DNA of 64,000 nt from Giardia intestinalis (Eukaryota): assembly GCA_000002435.2 (NCBI GenBank), contig CM018790.1; one strand, 5' to 3'. The notes beneath the pieces were generated by a model, which was not told the origin of the DNA, searched no databases, and was given only the letters and a program-made list of their open reading frames with translations. Positions within the stretch are counted from its first letter, which is position 1; each line of letters starts with the position of its first letter. Made by a program: the position numbers and the translations under genes. Shown here piece by piece: positions 1 through 10,629 of the stretch.

Positions 1-969
1 TTGTCCTGAGCTTCCGCGCTTACTTTCCGGGCTCAAGTGTGCATTCGCCTGGTCCTCACTTGCATTCTGGATACTACCGATAACGCTCTCTCTCCTGTCG
101 TCCTCTCTCTTGTCTTTCTTACATAGTGCTTGAGCTGGTTGAGTTGATTGCGCTGGTTGTGGGTTCGAGTCCCGTGACATCTGCTCTATGCCAAGCAGCA
201 ACTGATCAAAGCTAGTACTGATGAGACGACGAAAGTATTTTGCAGGATTGGTGTTGAGAGCAAGGAGTAGCTTTACATAGGATGCTTCTACTAGCCTATA
301 GTTATCGTTCCCCATATATATGATGAAATCTTTGTTAGCATGTGCATTTGCAGAAGGCTTCATACTAAAATAAAGGTTAGATAATGAGGCATTTGTGACA
401 AATTTTGCTAAAACAGAATGCGCGTTGGTTTGATTGAGAAGATGATAGGAAAGGTCGTCGATAAATATTCGCTGATTAGGGGTGAAGGACACAGAACAGT
501 CAGCCCTGCTGGGGTTTGTTGGTGAGTAGGACTGAGAGAGAGTAATGTTGAGCTCGTGGCCTATGCTGGAGGAGCGGCTGATGTACCTCGAAGCCGATGA
601 GGATCCAGGTTGAGTGCCCCGTTGCTTTCCAATGGACGTCATCATGTGGCTAGCGCTATTGAAAGGCATGTTTTCGATTGTAAAGGGAAAACTAGAGTAT
701 GCAAGATTTGTGTGTCCTAAAAAGATGGTCTGAAAGAGGCGAAAGTTGGGGAAGTTTTCCAGTTCCCCTGGATCCAATACCATAATATTCCTTGTGCTCA
801 GCCCGTTGTCAAGATACGTGAACTCTAAATCCCACACGGCCAGTGTGAAAAAGTATGCCTTCTTCAGACACCCCCGCACTCTATAACGATAGATGCGCAA
901 GGAAACGTTTTTTCCTGCATCGTCTGTCTTCCCCCGCTCTACCCAGCCGACATCGTGGCCGAACCACAT
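1..969 (-). CDS. Hypothetical protein, 5' part only; the C-terminus runs off the window edge. It is absent from the ORF track because it is partial.
   Basis: My own reverse-strand translation from an ATG near 967-969 down to position 1 has no stop codon (more than 320 codons). It begins MWFGHDVGWVERGKTDD...NIMVLDPGELENFPNFRLFQTIFLGHTN.... A second possible start is the ATG near 781-783. I recognised no family. Positions carry +/-1 uncertainty. Confidence 0.45.
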   Translation of the reverse strand, partial: MWFGHDVGWVERGKTDDAGKNVSLRIYRYRVRGCLKKAYFFTLAVWDLEFTYLDNGLSTRNIMVLDPGELENFPNFRLFQTIFLGHTNLAYSSFPFTIENMPFNSASHMMTSIGKQRGTQPGSSSASRYISRSSSIGHELNITLSQSYSPTNPSRADCSVSFTPNQRIFIDDLSYHLLNQTNAHSVLAKFVTNASLSNLYFSMKPSANAHANKDFIIYMGNDNYRLVEASYVKLLLALNTNPAKYFRRLISTSFDQLLLGIEQMSRDSNPQPAQSTQPAQALCKKDKREDDRRESVIGSIQNASEDQANAHLSPESKRGSSGQ

Positions 970-1088
970 CCAAACTATGCGTCGCAAACGAAAATCAGTT
1001 AGATTTTTTAATGCAAAATAATTCGTGCCTATCAGGGCTGAATCAAGGCTGAACCAGAGCTGAACTAAAGCTGAACACTTCGGACAAG

Positions 1089-2006
1089 ATGGTCAATGTG
1101 GACGCTCACTATGATCTGCGCTACGTGGATACTCTACAGGCAAGCCAACCGGATCTATGCCCTGACTCTACTGGCTCGGGAGAGTATCACGTTATATTGC
1201 TGAACTATCTGTGGCCTTCGTGGTGGCGAAATGCGATAGCAGACGCCAAGACTGTCATCCTGGCTGATGGTGCTGCGTCGCGGTTGGCCGCAGTTGCTGC
1301 AGGCGAAACTCTTAACGAATGTGGGCGCCATGAGGGCTCCTCCGCCGAGCTGCGCGTTGCCGCAGATACCGTATGTAGGTTGCTATCCTCTGCGCTTGGG
1401 GCTGTCAAGTTTATCAGCGTGGGTGACTATGACTCCATGACGCCCAGAACGGTCGAGTTTTTGGAGACCTACGGGATAGCAAGAAACCATGTTCCTGAGC
1501 AAGACTCGACCGACGGGTCGAAGGCGCTAACTCTATTGTTAAACTTACTGAGTGTGAACAATTCAAGCGGGCCCTCATCTGCGCCAGCTGCGCCAGTTAC
1601 TCCAGTCATCCCACGTGTCTTAATGCTGGGTGCATTTGGTGGACGTTTAGACCACTGCTTATGTCACTTTTGTCTACTCCACAAGTACGGTAGTCAGTGC
1701 ACCATCCATCTGCACGGCGATAATAATGTTGCGCTCCTCATTCCTCCTACACAGGCGAGTTCTCAGAGAGAACCGTCCCCTGTGACTCTGTCTCTGCCGA
1801 GGTCACTGAAGATCGATGCCGTTGGGGTTATTGCCCACAATGGGCCATGCCGTGTGTGGTCCGAAGGCTTGAAGTGGGATATGAATGGGCTCCTCCTGGG
1901 ATACGAAACGATACAGTCTGGGTGTAATGTGCCTCTGAGCAAAAGTGTACGGGTTTCTAGCGATGGCTTTGTAATCTTTACTTTGTCCTACAGCTTGACT
2001 GGTTAA
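1089..2006 (+). CDS. TPK: Thiamine pyrophosphokinase (thiamin diphosphokinase)
   Basis: ATG start, 305 aa. TPK family motifs are present: HVILLNYLWP, ADGAASRL (ADGGANRL in other TPKs), SVGDYDSM, PEQDSTDGSKAL, MLGAFGGRLDH (GG-R-DH catalytic motif), GLKWDM. Confidence 0.8.
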   Translation: MVNVDAHYDLRYVDTLQASQPDLCPDSTGSGEYHVILLNYLWPSWWRNAIADAKTVILADGAASRLAAVAAGETLNECGRHEGSSAELRVAADTVCRLLSSALGAVKFISVGDYDSMTPRTVEFLETYGIARNHVPEQDSTDGSKALTLLLNLLSVNNSSGPSSAPAAPVTPVIPRVLMLGAFGGRLDHCLCHFCLLHKYGSQCTIHLHGDNNVALLIPPTQASSQREPSPVTLSLPRSLKIDAVGVIAHNGPCRVWSEGLKWDMNGLLLGYETIQSGCNVPLSKSVRVSSDGFVIFTLSYSLTG

Positions 2007-2361
2007 CCGATGATTCTGTGCTAGGAGGTAGTTGAAGAAGCTAGGGTCACACTCGGACCTTAGGAGTGCTTCCATGATAGAATATTCTGTACGTATGTTA
2101 TGGCAATCTTAGACTGAGACTTTCGGCCAGACGTAAATTATCTTTTCAATTAGCTGTACTAGGGACCGTCGTAAATAAAGATAGGATTTTAAACTGTAAA
2201 GTTCTCAACAAAAGGGTTTAAATTTTAACCTGCACAAACTCTAATTACTGTAATACTTACTACAGATCGCAAAGATGTCACTGCTTGTCAAGTGGATACA
2301 TCAGAGTAAACATAGTGTGTTAGCAGAAAAAGGTTAGAAAGTAAGTAATCCCTCAGGTAGT

Positions 2362-2787
2362 ATGTTTAGTTTTGAACCTAATGCCACCGATGATTTTACT
2401 TCTAAAAATACGCCCGACGATGGCCTCACAAACACCACAAATCTACTTCAAGCCATCTCTCCGTTTTTATCTAATGTCATAAGCCCGGATGAACTGCCCG
2501 AGAAGGCCCTTGATCAAATTACAATGCTCGGTGGAGACGGTATCCTTTACTTGCTACTGGAGGAAAAGGTTCGCTTCTACTTGAAGATATGCTGCAGAGT
2601 AGAGGCGGGACACCTTTTATCTCGTGAGGGAACCATGTTAATTCAGATATTCGCCAGAACGGGGAGGCCTGCTCTTTTGTATCGAGATTATACGGATGGA
2701 TATATTGGTGCCTTGCAAGAGCTTCTTACAAACAACGTAACGATTCAGCCGGATGGATGGAGTAGTTGGTTCAGATATGCCGAGTAA
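2362..2787 (+). CDS. Hypothetical small protein (141 aa)
   Basis: Isolated ATG-start ORF in an otherwise ORF-poor interval, with no recognisable domain. No recognised family. Confidence 0.35.
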   Translation: MFSFEPNATDDFTSKNTPDDGLTNTTNLLQAISPFLSNVISPDELPEKALDQITMLGGDGILYLLLEEKVRFYLKICCRVEAGHLLSREGTMLIQIFARTGRPALLYRDYTDGYIGALQELLTNNVTIQPDGWSSWFRYAE

Positions 2788-2849
2788 GGCAATGTGGAGT
2801 GTCTCCGGACCTTAGAGATACCTGCACACAGTCCTGAGTCACCTTTACT

Positions 2850-3240
2850 GTGAGGCCGGAAGACGATAGCTCTGGCTATTCTTTTGCTAACGTTACAGCC
2901 TTAATGATCGCTGCCATGCTCGACTATCCAGGCATTTGTCAGGTGCTGCTGGGCCAGGGAGCATGCATGGTTTCACCGGGAAAACTACCACACTAATGAT
3001 TACTTCCTGGTGTGGCAGTCTCAAAACTGCTCGCGTTCTCTTGAATAGAGAAAGAGGATGAGGAAGAGCAGGAACTGGACCGCGCTTATGGAGGCGGCCC
3101 ATAACAACAACAACAACAACAACAGCAACTCAGAACTAGTGGAGTCCTGGCCCCGTACAAAAGCGAACAGAAGAACACAAGCGGATGGACGACGATGATG
3201 ATAGGCGCAGTTCACGGCCATCTGAACGTGGAGATACAGC
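2850..3240 (+). pseudogene. Decayed ankyrin-repeat gene fragment (protein 21.1-like), frameshifted
   Basis: Three ankyrin-like peptides appear in three different plus frames, each cut by stops: TALMIAAMLDYPGICQVLLGQGA, NWTALMEAAHNNNNNNNSNSELVESWP, GWTTMMIGAVHGHLNVEIQ. No ORF of 60 aa or more exists on the plus strand here. Confidence 0.5.
3103..3123 (+). repeat. (AAC)7 trinucleotide microsatellite (then AGC AAC) inside the ankyrin pseudogene fragment; reads as poly-Asn in that frame
   Basis: The sequence aacaacaacaacaacaacaac is directly visible. Position is +/-1. Confidence 0.8.
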
Positions 3241-3447
3241 CAAACTAGTTGCCAAGCCGTGGAGGTACTACAACATACTCGATTTCTTAGATGACTACAA
3301 ATAGAGATAATCTAGTACGCAAATACAGGCAGCATAAAGAATCCTGGAAGAATCTATTGTGATCCGCTACGTGTTCCCCCTCTGTGCAAGTGACTAAAAG
3401 GTTTAGGCCAGATCGGTGAAGTAAATGGGGCTAGTCAATTAAAAACC

Positions 3448-6400
3448 ATGGATACCCTCTTGGTCGCCATAGACCGGCACGATTATGCACACGCGCTCCT
3501 GAAGATCGACCGCCTTAAGAGATCGTCCAACGAGCCCCTCTTTGTCGTGTACATCAGCTTTATGGAGCCGTTCATTCACTATTGTGCATCTCTGCCCACG
3601 GCCTTTTCTACGCTCGCTAATGTTATTGTAGGCATTACACCGGAAATACTGCAACAGAACATGGGGAACTTACTGCACCTATGCGCCGGCGCGGGCCTGA
3701 ATGAGTATATAGCAGACCGTCTTCCGAAAGACCCCGTCGTGACAGTAGAATCATTTCCACATCTGTGTAGATATAAATTAGCATGCAACGATTATGAAGC
3801 CATTGATAAGCTCCTTGTCGGAATCGACAAGCAAAGTGACAGGCACTTTTCGAAGGACCAGGCTCTACGCCACCTGCGATGGAAGGAAGCCTTTGCGCTT
3901 ATGGTTGCCAGGAGCCAAGTCAGCCTTCTGACAGAGAGCTCCCCAGCTCAGACCATTCTCACTAAGAATGCGCGGACACTTTTCAAGTTAGCTTTGTCTG
4001 GCTTCACGCGGAACTTCCTTTCTGATTTCTCACTTTTTGGTAAGACTGTTCCTCAGGGCAACACGCTCTTTCTCCAAAGCCTCCATCGTCAGAGTCCTTT
4101 GTCTATTTTGGCCAACTTGGTAGAGTACGACGTCTTTCTTGTCATAGCATCCGGTATTAATGAACAGGGCATGTTACAGAACTACCTGTTTGATCTGAGT
4201 AAGTTGGAAGGCATTTCCTACGAGGCACAGATGGACCCAACACAGCACAGCTTGGTGTCCGAGACTCCTCTTCAGAAACTTGAGGATACCGATCCAGCAA
4301 CAGAAGAGGCAGTAATTGTCAATGCCTCCAACCCGAGCTCTCTATTGCTCAAGCTCCATGCCATACATCCACGGATAATGGTCGTTCGTTCTTTGCTCGC
4401 CAAACTCCGAGATATGGCTAATGATGCGCCACCAGAGCCTCTCTGGAATCTCGCTTATGCCGAATTCTGGGATGTCTTTCTCTCGCATGATGTGGCTGAT
4501 GCACTGGATGTGTGCAGTGTTATGAGCCTCCACTACCGGCTTCAAATGGATATTATCTTTCTTCTGAGGGATGGAAAGAACGCTGCCAGAGCCCGAGCGA
4601 ACCCTTCTGCGTCTATATCAGCGGAGTTTAACTCATATCAGTCTGTTTTCACCGGCAAGGATGCTTACATTTCCGTCAGGGGTATTCCCATGGAGGTCCT
4701 CCTCAAGATATTATTTATTCTAAGTCGCACAACTTATAATAGCTTTGATATTCTTCCGTTTGGGGTTGCAGAATCAGCTGAGGAAGGATCCCTGCTGTTT
4801 CTCCAGAGGGATGTGAACGCAGCAATAAAACATATTATTCGAACCATATTTGATGCGGTACTGAGTGGAAAGCAACCTCTGTCTGTGCTGATGGAGGTAG
4901 CTAAGATTGTTCAGGACCTCCGCCAGACGGCATATGGGTTTGAGCTGAGAAACTTGGTTGAGATTATCAAGTATGTTTGGGATAAAGAGGCCCAGTACAA
5001 GGAGAACCATGCTCTAACTGTGTGCGTGATGTATGTGGATATTGTCTGTAAGTACACGCAGTTCAAGTGGTATAGCCGTCGAAATGGAAGTCTTGTTCTG
5101 CCAAGCGAAGGCAAGATTCAAATGAGAGACATTTCCAGCCAAAATAAGGAGCTTGAGACAGTCAGACGCGATCCCCTGGGAAATGCTGAGAATATACAAC
5201 GTGCACGAGAAGCTTATATGGAACCTTTTACTCTGAAATCTCTTCAGGTGCACATGGACACTGTTGCGACCGTAGTTGCAGACCTCCTTTATAGAGGCAA
5301 AGACTTTAATTCAGTTGTTGACGACACTATAATTTTGCTTACGGTACCAATGCTGATCTCCTTGCTCAACCTCTTCCAAAACCCATATTTCCACGAGTAC
5401 GTACTGAGGTCCCTTGACAGGTGCAAGACACCTCGAGACAAGAGTGGTCGCTCAGCAAATGGTCAGGGCTCTGCGAAGAAGTCGCACCAAACCAGCGAAT
5501 CACAAAGATCAGGGTCTCCGTTCTCAGCTTTGGTGTTTAAGCGGCAAACAGAAGCAGGAGATGACCCCGCTCTATCTGGGACGGGGGTCACTGCCACCGT
5601 GCGGCAAGTGTCCCTCTCCAGTGACTGCAACAGGAGTATAGATCGAGCGTTCATTGCGCTTGTGGACGTAGCAAATGACCTCTATGGCCATCTCAGCGAA
5701 ATCTTTTCACAGAAGGGGCTTGCAGATGCATATCCCGCGATAGTCTCTAACATGCTCCTCTTGAAACAGCGAATGCGTACATTGAACGTAGAGACTTGGA
5801 AGACTTCTTTAGAAGATGAAGTTCTTTACAACTTTTTTGATGTGGCCAATCAGCAGTACCAGACATTTGGGTCGTTCTTCTGGCGATGGTTCTTGGAGCG
5901 CGGTATTATTACGCAGAAGCCTGCGCATACCATTGTAAGCGGCATCGGTAGCCTTTCAATCGAAGACACGTGCTTGCTTCTGGATGAGGCTGTCGCCCTC
6001 GAACAAGAAACTGCCAAGTCTTCTCGAACCAAACGAAAGCCTACCAGGCCGGCCGGAGACACGCCACTGGGCACATGCAAGAACCCGTTGTGCTTCCCTG
6101 CTCAGTATCTAAACTCACGCAGATCGGCTCGTTTCCCCGCTGTGCCATTCGCCTTCATGCCACTCATCCAGGGCGCAGCACAGTTTGGGCGTGAATTTGT
6201 GACCATCACATACCAATCTATAGGCTCATCAATGCTCGAGCTTGTTAATCCTTATTATATGTTTGATAGTTTGGCGGCCACTGCACGCATGCAAATCTCT
6301 TCTGCATACATTCTTTCAGACTCACTTGAGCTCTTGTACAAGTGGATGAACACCTGTTTGGGGTACAAGACAATAAAGAAGAGCAACCTCATAGGTCTAT

Positions 6401-7401
6401 TTCTCGGGCTGACTGGCGTGTTAGCGGGAGCTGGCGAGCCCTATCTCCGGTATACACAGCACAGGTACTACATCATAGACTCCTTTGATATGAGCTGCTT
6501 TTCGGCTTGCGAGCACCTCTTTAACGATGGCGGTTATTGCAAAGATGAGAACCTTGGGACCCTATGTCCTTGGTCTACCTCCGTCTCCTCAGGTACGGCG
6601 CAGAAGCTTACCAGTGATGCACGACCTTCACAAATAGAGACATCTCTTCCTCTCTCCTCCAACATACTCTACTCAAATATCTGGAACTACCATTTAGGCA
6701 ACCAGCCCAGTATCGCTGCTAAATCGCTTTCTCTAAGCCCCGGGGTCCTTGCCAGCAAGCTCTATGTGCCACTGTCACGCCACGAAAGCTTCTCAAACCT
6801 ACTCAACTACTCATTGAGGATGTTCCTCCAAGGAAGAAATGCAATCTTCACACGAAGATTGTCACGGTCGGACGCCATGGCAACCTTCCTCATATATCAT
6901 ATATGTTCATACGTCTATCTACTGATACATGGCGCGGACAAGGGGGCAATAGAGGTATCGAACAGTGAGCTTACGACCATATTCTGCGATCTGGAATTTC
7001 TTCTGCAGGCAAAGGTCTCCTCTGATCACGATCTTGCCAGCAAGGCCTACGCCGAGTTCTTTGATTACCATGGGTTTACGCAGCGCCTTCCCCCGATGGA
7101 TCTTCTCTTCAACGTTCCGCTCCTTAAGTACTGGCTTGAACGTCTTGGCGCTCTGACTGTGACCCTCCCTATTGCATCTGAAGTCATCGTTAGGTCTTGT
7201 GACCTGTCGGTTACCATCCCTTTAGTAATACTCATCGTTAGCGCAATTATCTTTAAGGAGAAGGGCCTAATGGACGATGTACAGACAAACATAGATGCAC
7301 TCATTGAGTGCATCAGCCGGAAGACAGTGGATCCGCTTGTCGAGCCCACCAAGCAACTCTGTCTAGCGTGTCTTCACAATATCCTCCGGTTCCATGTCTA
7401 A
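3448..7401 (+). CDS. Large hypothetical protein (1317 aa), mostly predicted helical, with a Ser/Gln/Lys-rich linker around residues 650-720
   Basis: Long ATG-start ORF preceded by an AT-rich context (aattaaaaaccATGg). It has no detectable catalytic motifs. All antisense and overlapping ORFs are short. Confidence 0.7.
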   Translation: MDTLLVAIDRHDYAHALLKIDRLKRSSNEPLFVVYISFMEPFIHYCASLPTAFSTLANVIVGITPEILQQNMGNLLHLCAGAGLNEYIADRLPKDPVVTVESFPHLCRYKLACNDYEAIDKLLVGIDKQSDRHFSKDQALRHLRWKEAFALMVARSQVSLLTESSPAQTILTKNARTLFKLALSGFTRNFLSDFSLFGKTVPQGNTLFLQSLHRQSPLSILANLVEYDVFLVIASGINEQGMLQNYLFDLSKLEGISYEAQMDPTQHSLVSETPLQKLEDTDPATEEAVIVNASNPSSLLLKLHAIHPRIMVVRSLLAKLRDMANDAPPEPLWNLAYAEFWDVFLSHDVADALDVCSVMSLHYRLQMDIIFLLRDGKNAARARANPSASISAEFNSYQSVFTGKDAYISVRGIPMEVLLKILFILSRTTYNSFDILPFGVAESAEEGSLLFLQRDVNAAIKHIIRTIFDAVLSGKQPLSVLMEVAKIVQDLRQTAYGFELRNLVEIIKYVWDKEAQYKENHALTVCVMYVDIVCKYTQFKWYSRRNGSLVLPSEGKIQMRDISSQNKELETVRRDPLGNAENIQRAREAYMEPFTLKSLQVHMDTVATVVADLLYRGKDFNSVVDDTIILLTVPMLISLLNLFQNPYFHEYVLRSLDRCKTPRDKSGRSANGQGSAKKSHQTSESQRSGSPFSALVFKRQTEAGDDPALSGTGVTATVRQVSLSSDCNRSIDRAFIALVDVANDLYGHLSEIFSQKGLADAYPAIVSNMLLLKQRMRTLNVETWKTSLEDEVLYNFFDVANQQYQTFGSFFWRWFLERGIITQKPAHTIVSGIGSLSIEDTCLLLDEAVALEQETAKSSRTKRKPTRPAGDTPLGTCKNPLCFPAQYLNSRRSARFPAVPFAFMPLIQGAAQFGREFVTITYQSIGSSMLELVNPYYMFDSLAATARMQISSAYILSDSLELLYKWMNTCLGYKTIKKSNLIGLFLGLTGVLAGAGEPYLRYTQHRYYIIDSFDMSCFSACEHLFNDGGYCKDENLGTLCPWSTSVSSGTAQKLTSDARPSQIETSLPLSSNILYSNIWNYHLGNQPSIAAKSLSLSPGVLASKLYVPLSRHESFSNLLNYSLRMFLQGRNAIFTRRLSRSDAMATFLIYHICSYVYLLIHGADKGAIEVSNSELTTIFCDLEFLLQAKVSSDHDLASKAYAEFFDYHGFTQRLPPMDLLFNVPLLKYWLERLGALTVTLPIASEVIVRSCDLSVTIPLVILIVSAIIFKEKGLMDDVQTNIDALIECISRKTVDPLVEPTKQLCLACLHNILRFHV

Positions 7402-7431
7402 ACCGACAAAATAAATGAAAACACTTTTTGG

Positions 7432-7965
7432 ATGCCGAATCCATTTGGACGCTTGGTCCCTATCCTCATCGATGTCGTCTTGGACAACGTACACGTCTCT
7501 GAGAAGCTCATCTATGACGTGTTTGGAGAGCTAACCCCATTAGGCCTTGCAGAGAGACTCGCAGACGAGTACTGTCTGTCTCCTTTGGCAGCACACCGCC
7601 TGCAAAGGATCGTCACGGCGCAGGCTGCTCCAGACTGCCGACCCCTGCTGGTCCTGATAGACGGCCCACCATGCCTTGTTACAATTCCTCTCTGTATAGT
7701 CATTGACAATATTGGGCTCAAGGATACGCTGTGCCTGGACGTGAATAATAAGCAGTTGGATCTAGATGCAGTCATTGATAATATCATACGAGAGAAGGCG
7801 CTAGGACTGACGCACCTGTCCTACCTTAAATGGAGAAAGGCGATCATGTTTCAGATCCTCACAGAGGTCTACAAGGCTGTAGAATGCTCGATAAAACAGC
7901 TGGACCCCCCACAGAGGCTCACAGATGTGGTCGGGCCGTGCCCTTGTTTGGGGCCGGTGGAGTAG
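7432..7965 (+). CDS. Hypothetical protein (177 aa)
   Basis: ATG-start ORF beginning 30 nt after the upstream stop. No recognised family. Confidence 0.45.
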   Translation: MPNPFGRLVPILIDVVLDNVHVSEKLIYDVFGELTPLGLAERLADEYCLSPLAAHRLQRIVTAQAAPDCRPLLVLIDGPPCLVTIPLCIVIDNIGLKDTLCLDVNNKQLDLDAVIDNIIREKALGLTHLSYLKWRKAIMFQILTEVYKAVECSIKQLDPPQRLTDVVGPCPCLGPVE

Positions 7966-8007
7966 TCTCAAAAAAAGTTCTGAAAGTCAAAGCACGCCAA
8001 CACGCCA

Positions 8008-9240
8008 ATGACCCTTGTGTTTATCATTCTTGTTCATGCAGCCCTCCTGACAGGCACCCATGGAAATAGGGAGATAGACCTGGAGGGGCAGAGCCCAGAG
8101 CATGCATGCACGCTTCCGATCACCCATCGGTCCCGGGCAGGAGCGTTTACATGCTCAGCGTCAACTTGTGAAACCTGTCTCCAGAGCAATGAAGGATGCT
8201 TTTGGTGCGCAACAACCAACAGTTGTCAAGCACTCAGTGAGGGCGCCGTTCCTGATTCATGTCCTCATGCGGAGTGGCACGATATGATCTATGACGCTCG
8301 CAGCTGCTGTGCCCCTTATGGCAGTAGCTATGCCACCTGTCTGGGAGATGTCCGTGTGTCCTATTGTGCGTGGTGTCCCATCACTACCCAAGGGGGATCT
8401 GCCTGTATTTACAAGTTCACAAAGGAGCTCTCCTCTCGATTTTGCAAGGCGCAGCCAGACGAGCTGATCGAGTGCTCTGCGCTTTCTTCCTGTCGCGACT
8501 GCTCTGCAAGCTCCATGTGTGGTTGGTGCGACCTATCTTCTACCTGTGTCACTATCAACACGCTCTACTCCATGGTCAACGACTCATACGTATGCACCGA
8601 GGTCACTACAAACTGTTGTGGCGACTATACCACGTGCGAAGAGTGCTCAAGTCAGTCTGGCCCATTTACCAAGCAGGCCTGTTTGTGGTGTCCAGACGAT
8701 GGTAAATGCAAGAACTACGATGCAGCGATCTCCTCCTGTTCAAGCACCAACAGGATGGGGACAGGGTTCTGCACGGACAGTTGCTACGTTTCTAGTTCGT
8801 CCTGCCACGCGTGCATGCGGGCAGGAGGATGCATCTGGATAGATTCGTACAGCTACACGAGCGCAGGCAGTCCCGTTGCCCCTGGAGACCTTAAGCCTTT
8901 CTGCATAAAAGGAGGCATCAGCGGCCCAGCCAACCGCGCCTTCTTTTATAACAGTTCGAGCCCAGGCAACTATGCGTTTTCGCCCCACTCATTCTACTAC
9001 TTTAGCTGCACGTTGACGGCATCTGGGCTAATCAACACAATGATCGGGGTTGCCGTTTTCGTTGTCTTGGCCATTATTGCGGTCTTGGTGGCGATTACAT
9101 GCATCAAGCGTTGCAAATATATGGTCCTCCTTCGCGAGGCTCTTGCACAGAACAACGAGGTCCTCGTGGACAGCGATGAAGAGAGTGATGACGCACCTGC
9201 TGTGCTTATGGGCGATGTGCAGGCAGTCCCGTGGGAGTAG
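8008..9240 (+). CDS. Cysteine-rich type I membrane protein with repeated PSI-like modules (high-cysteine membrane protein class); not a VSP
   Basis: Signal peptide MTLVFIILVHAALLTGTHG. Repeated C..C..C....C(F/L)WC modules: CETCLQSNEGCFWCATTNSC, CRDCSASSMCGWCDLSSTC, CEECSSQ..ACLWCPDDGKC, CHACMRAGGCIWI. One C-terminal TM (MIGVAVFVVLAIIAVLVAITCI) and an acidic tail. It lacks the CRGKA terminus. Confidence 0.75.
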   Translation: MTLVFIILVHAALLTGTHGNREIDLEGQSPEHACTLPITHRSRAGAFTCSASTCETCLQSNEGCFWCATTNSCQALSEGAVPDSCPHAEWHDMIYDARSCCAPYGSSYATCLGDVRVSYCAWCPITTQGGSACIYKFTKELSSRFCKAQPDELIECSALSSCRDCSASSMCGWCDLSSTCVTINTLYSMVNDSYVCTEVTTNCCGDYTTCEECSSQSGPFTKQACLWCPDDGKCKNYDAAISSCSSTNRMGTGFCTDSCYVSSSSCHACMRAGGCIWIDSYSYTSAGSPVAPGDLKPFCIKGGISGPANRAFFYNSSSPGNYAFSPHSFYYFSCTLTASGLINTMIGVAVFVVLAIIAVLVAITCIKRCKYMVLLREALAQNNEVLVDSDEESDDAPAVLMGDVQAVPWE

Positions 9241-9333
9241 GCCACCCGCTCCTTCCCTGGATATGCGTGGAATGACAGGAGTGAATGTTTTATCCTTGCT
9301 TGAAGATGAATTATTTACAATGCACCGGATTGG

Positions 9334-10629
9334 CTAGTTTCCGACTAGGGATCGGTCTATGTTCGTTATGAGACTCCTGATCTGCTCCTTAGACATGTTT
9401 CCTGAGGCTCTGCTGACAGCTATCGGACTAGCAATAGAGTGAATGGGTGGCCTGTTGGATGCGCCCAGCCCGCTGTTATACTGCGAATAGTTGAGCGCGC
9501 TATTGCTAACAGAGCGGTTATTAGCGTTAGATGTAAGGGCGTAAATATGGTCCACATTGTTGGAAACCAGGTCCTCCTCGAGTGCTCTACGCTCCAGGAT
9601 CTGCAGGCGGCTGCGTGCGCGCTCAGCCCGATCGTTTATTTCGCGCATAAGGTCGCTCTTCGCTGCCCTAGACTCCCTCTCTGCATCTTCACATCGTCGC
9701 TTAGAGTCGTAGTTTTCACGTGCGAGAGCGTCCTGGAGTCTCTTGGACGACTCCAGCTCAGAGTCTTTCACGTGTAATAGGGCATCGCGTGCCCTGACCT
9801 CCTGTTCAAGTCTGTAGGCATCAGTGGCCCTCTGTGCGGCAAGCTGGTCGGCGGCGGCAAGCTTGTCTGCGAGCTCCGCCCGCTTCTGGCGCTCAAATGC
9901 AGCTTCGTTGCGGGCGAAGTCGACGTCCTTGCGGAGCGCAAGGTTCTCCTTTTCAAGTTGCCCAAGGCGCAGTCTCAGATCAGCAATCTCACGCTCCGCA
10001 TCGACAAGCCGCGCGCGAAGGGCGTCGTTACCGCGCAACTGAGACTCCATATCTGTGCACTTTCGCTCGAGAGCGGCGTTGCGCTTGCTTAAGTCTGCAA
10101 AGCGATAATCTGCGTCCCGGAGACGGGCCTCTGCGTCATCGCACCTCTGCCGATATGCACCGATGCTCGATGTCAAATCCTGCTTTTCCTTGCGCAGTGA
10201 CTCTGCTAGGCGGCGCTCCTGTTCTATCGCAAAACTCTTATCCGCAAGTTCCTTTTCTAGCAGGGTCTTCCTTGCAGATGTGCGCGCAAGTGCTCCTTCG
10301 AGGGCATCAACACGCGCAGTCCCCTTCAGCGCCTCCATCTTCGCCATCTCGACTTCGTTCTCCTTTTGGCGCATCAGGTCCTCTACCTCGTGGAGACGCT
10401 CCCTTTGCTGCTGGAGCGCGAGGATAGACTCACGGTCGACGAGGTCCTGGCGAAGCTCCAGGTGTTCTAGATCGTTTATGGGCCCCAAGGTTTGCCTGTG
10501 TGACGTCGACGAGTATGCGCTGGCTGAGCGGTAGCCGTTGTCGTGCAGAGACGACAGGCGCATGGACGCGGCAAGAGCCGGGGACTGCTGGGCACGGCTG
10601 TTATATAGATCTCCTGTGCGCAAAGACAT
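9334..10629 (-). CDS. Coiled-coil protein, the shorter paralog of the gene at 16050..18239
   Basis: ORF track gives 9334..10671, but that start is TTG. The first in-frame ATG is codon 15 (MSLRTGDLYN...), which puts the start at 10629. Continuous heptad-rich sequence (ELRQDLVDRESILALQQQRERLHEVEDLMRQKENE...). The C-terminus SPIAVSRASGNMSKEQIRSL matches the paralog's SPLAVSRASERLTKNQMRDL. Confidence 0.7.
   Translation of the reverse strand: MSLRTGDLYNSRAQQSPALAASMRLSSLHDNGYRSASAYSSTSHRQTLGPINDLEHLELRQDLVDRESILALQQQRERLHEVEDLMRQKENEVEMAKMEALKGTARVDALEGALARTSARKTLLEKELADKSFAIEQERRLAESLRKEKQDLTSSIGAYRQRCDDAEARLRDADYRFADLSKRNAALERKCTDMESQLRGNDALRARLVDAEREIADLRLRLGQLEKENLALRKDVDFARNEAAFERQKRAELADKLAAADQLAAQRATDAYRLEQEVRARDALLHVKDSELESSKRLQDALARENYDSKRRCEDAERESRAAKSDLMREINDRAERARSRLQILERRALEEDLVSNNVDHIYALTSNANNRSVSNSALNYSQYNSGLGASNRPPIHSIASPIAVSRASGNMSKEQIRSLITNIDRSLVGN

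Noticed and set aside
855-1052. 65-aa plus ORF upstream of TPK
   Set aside because: It lies within and antisense to the longer stop-free minus-strand frame (1..969). It is Arg/Ser-rich with no features.
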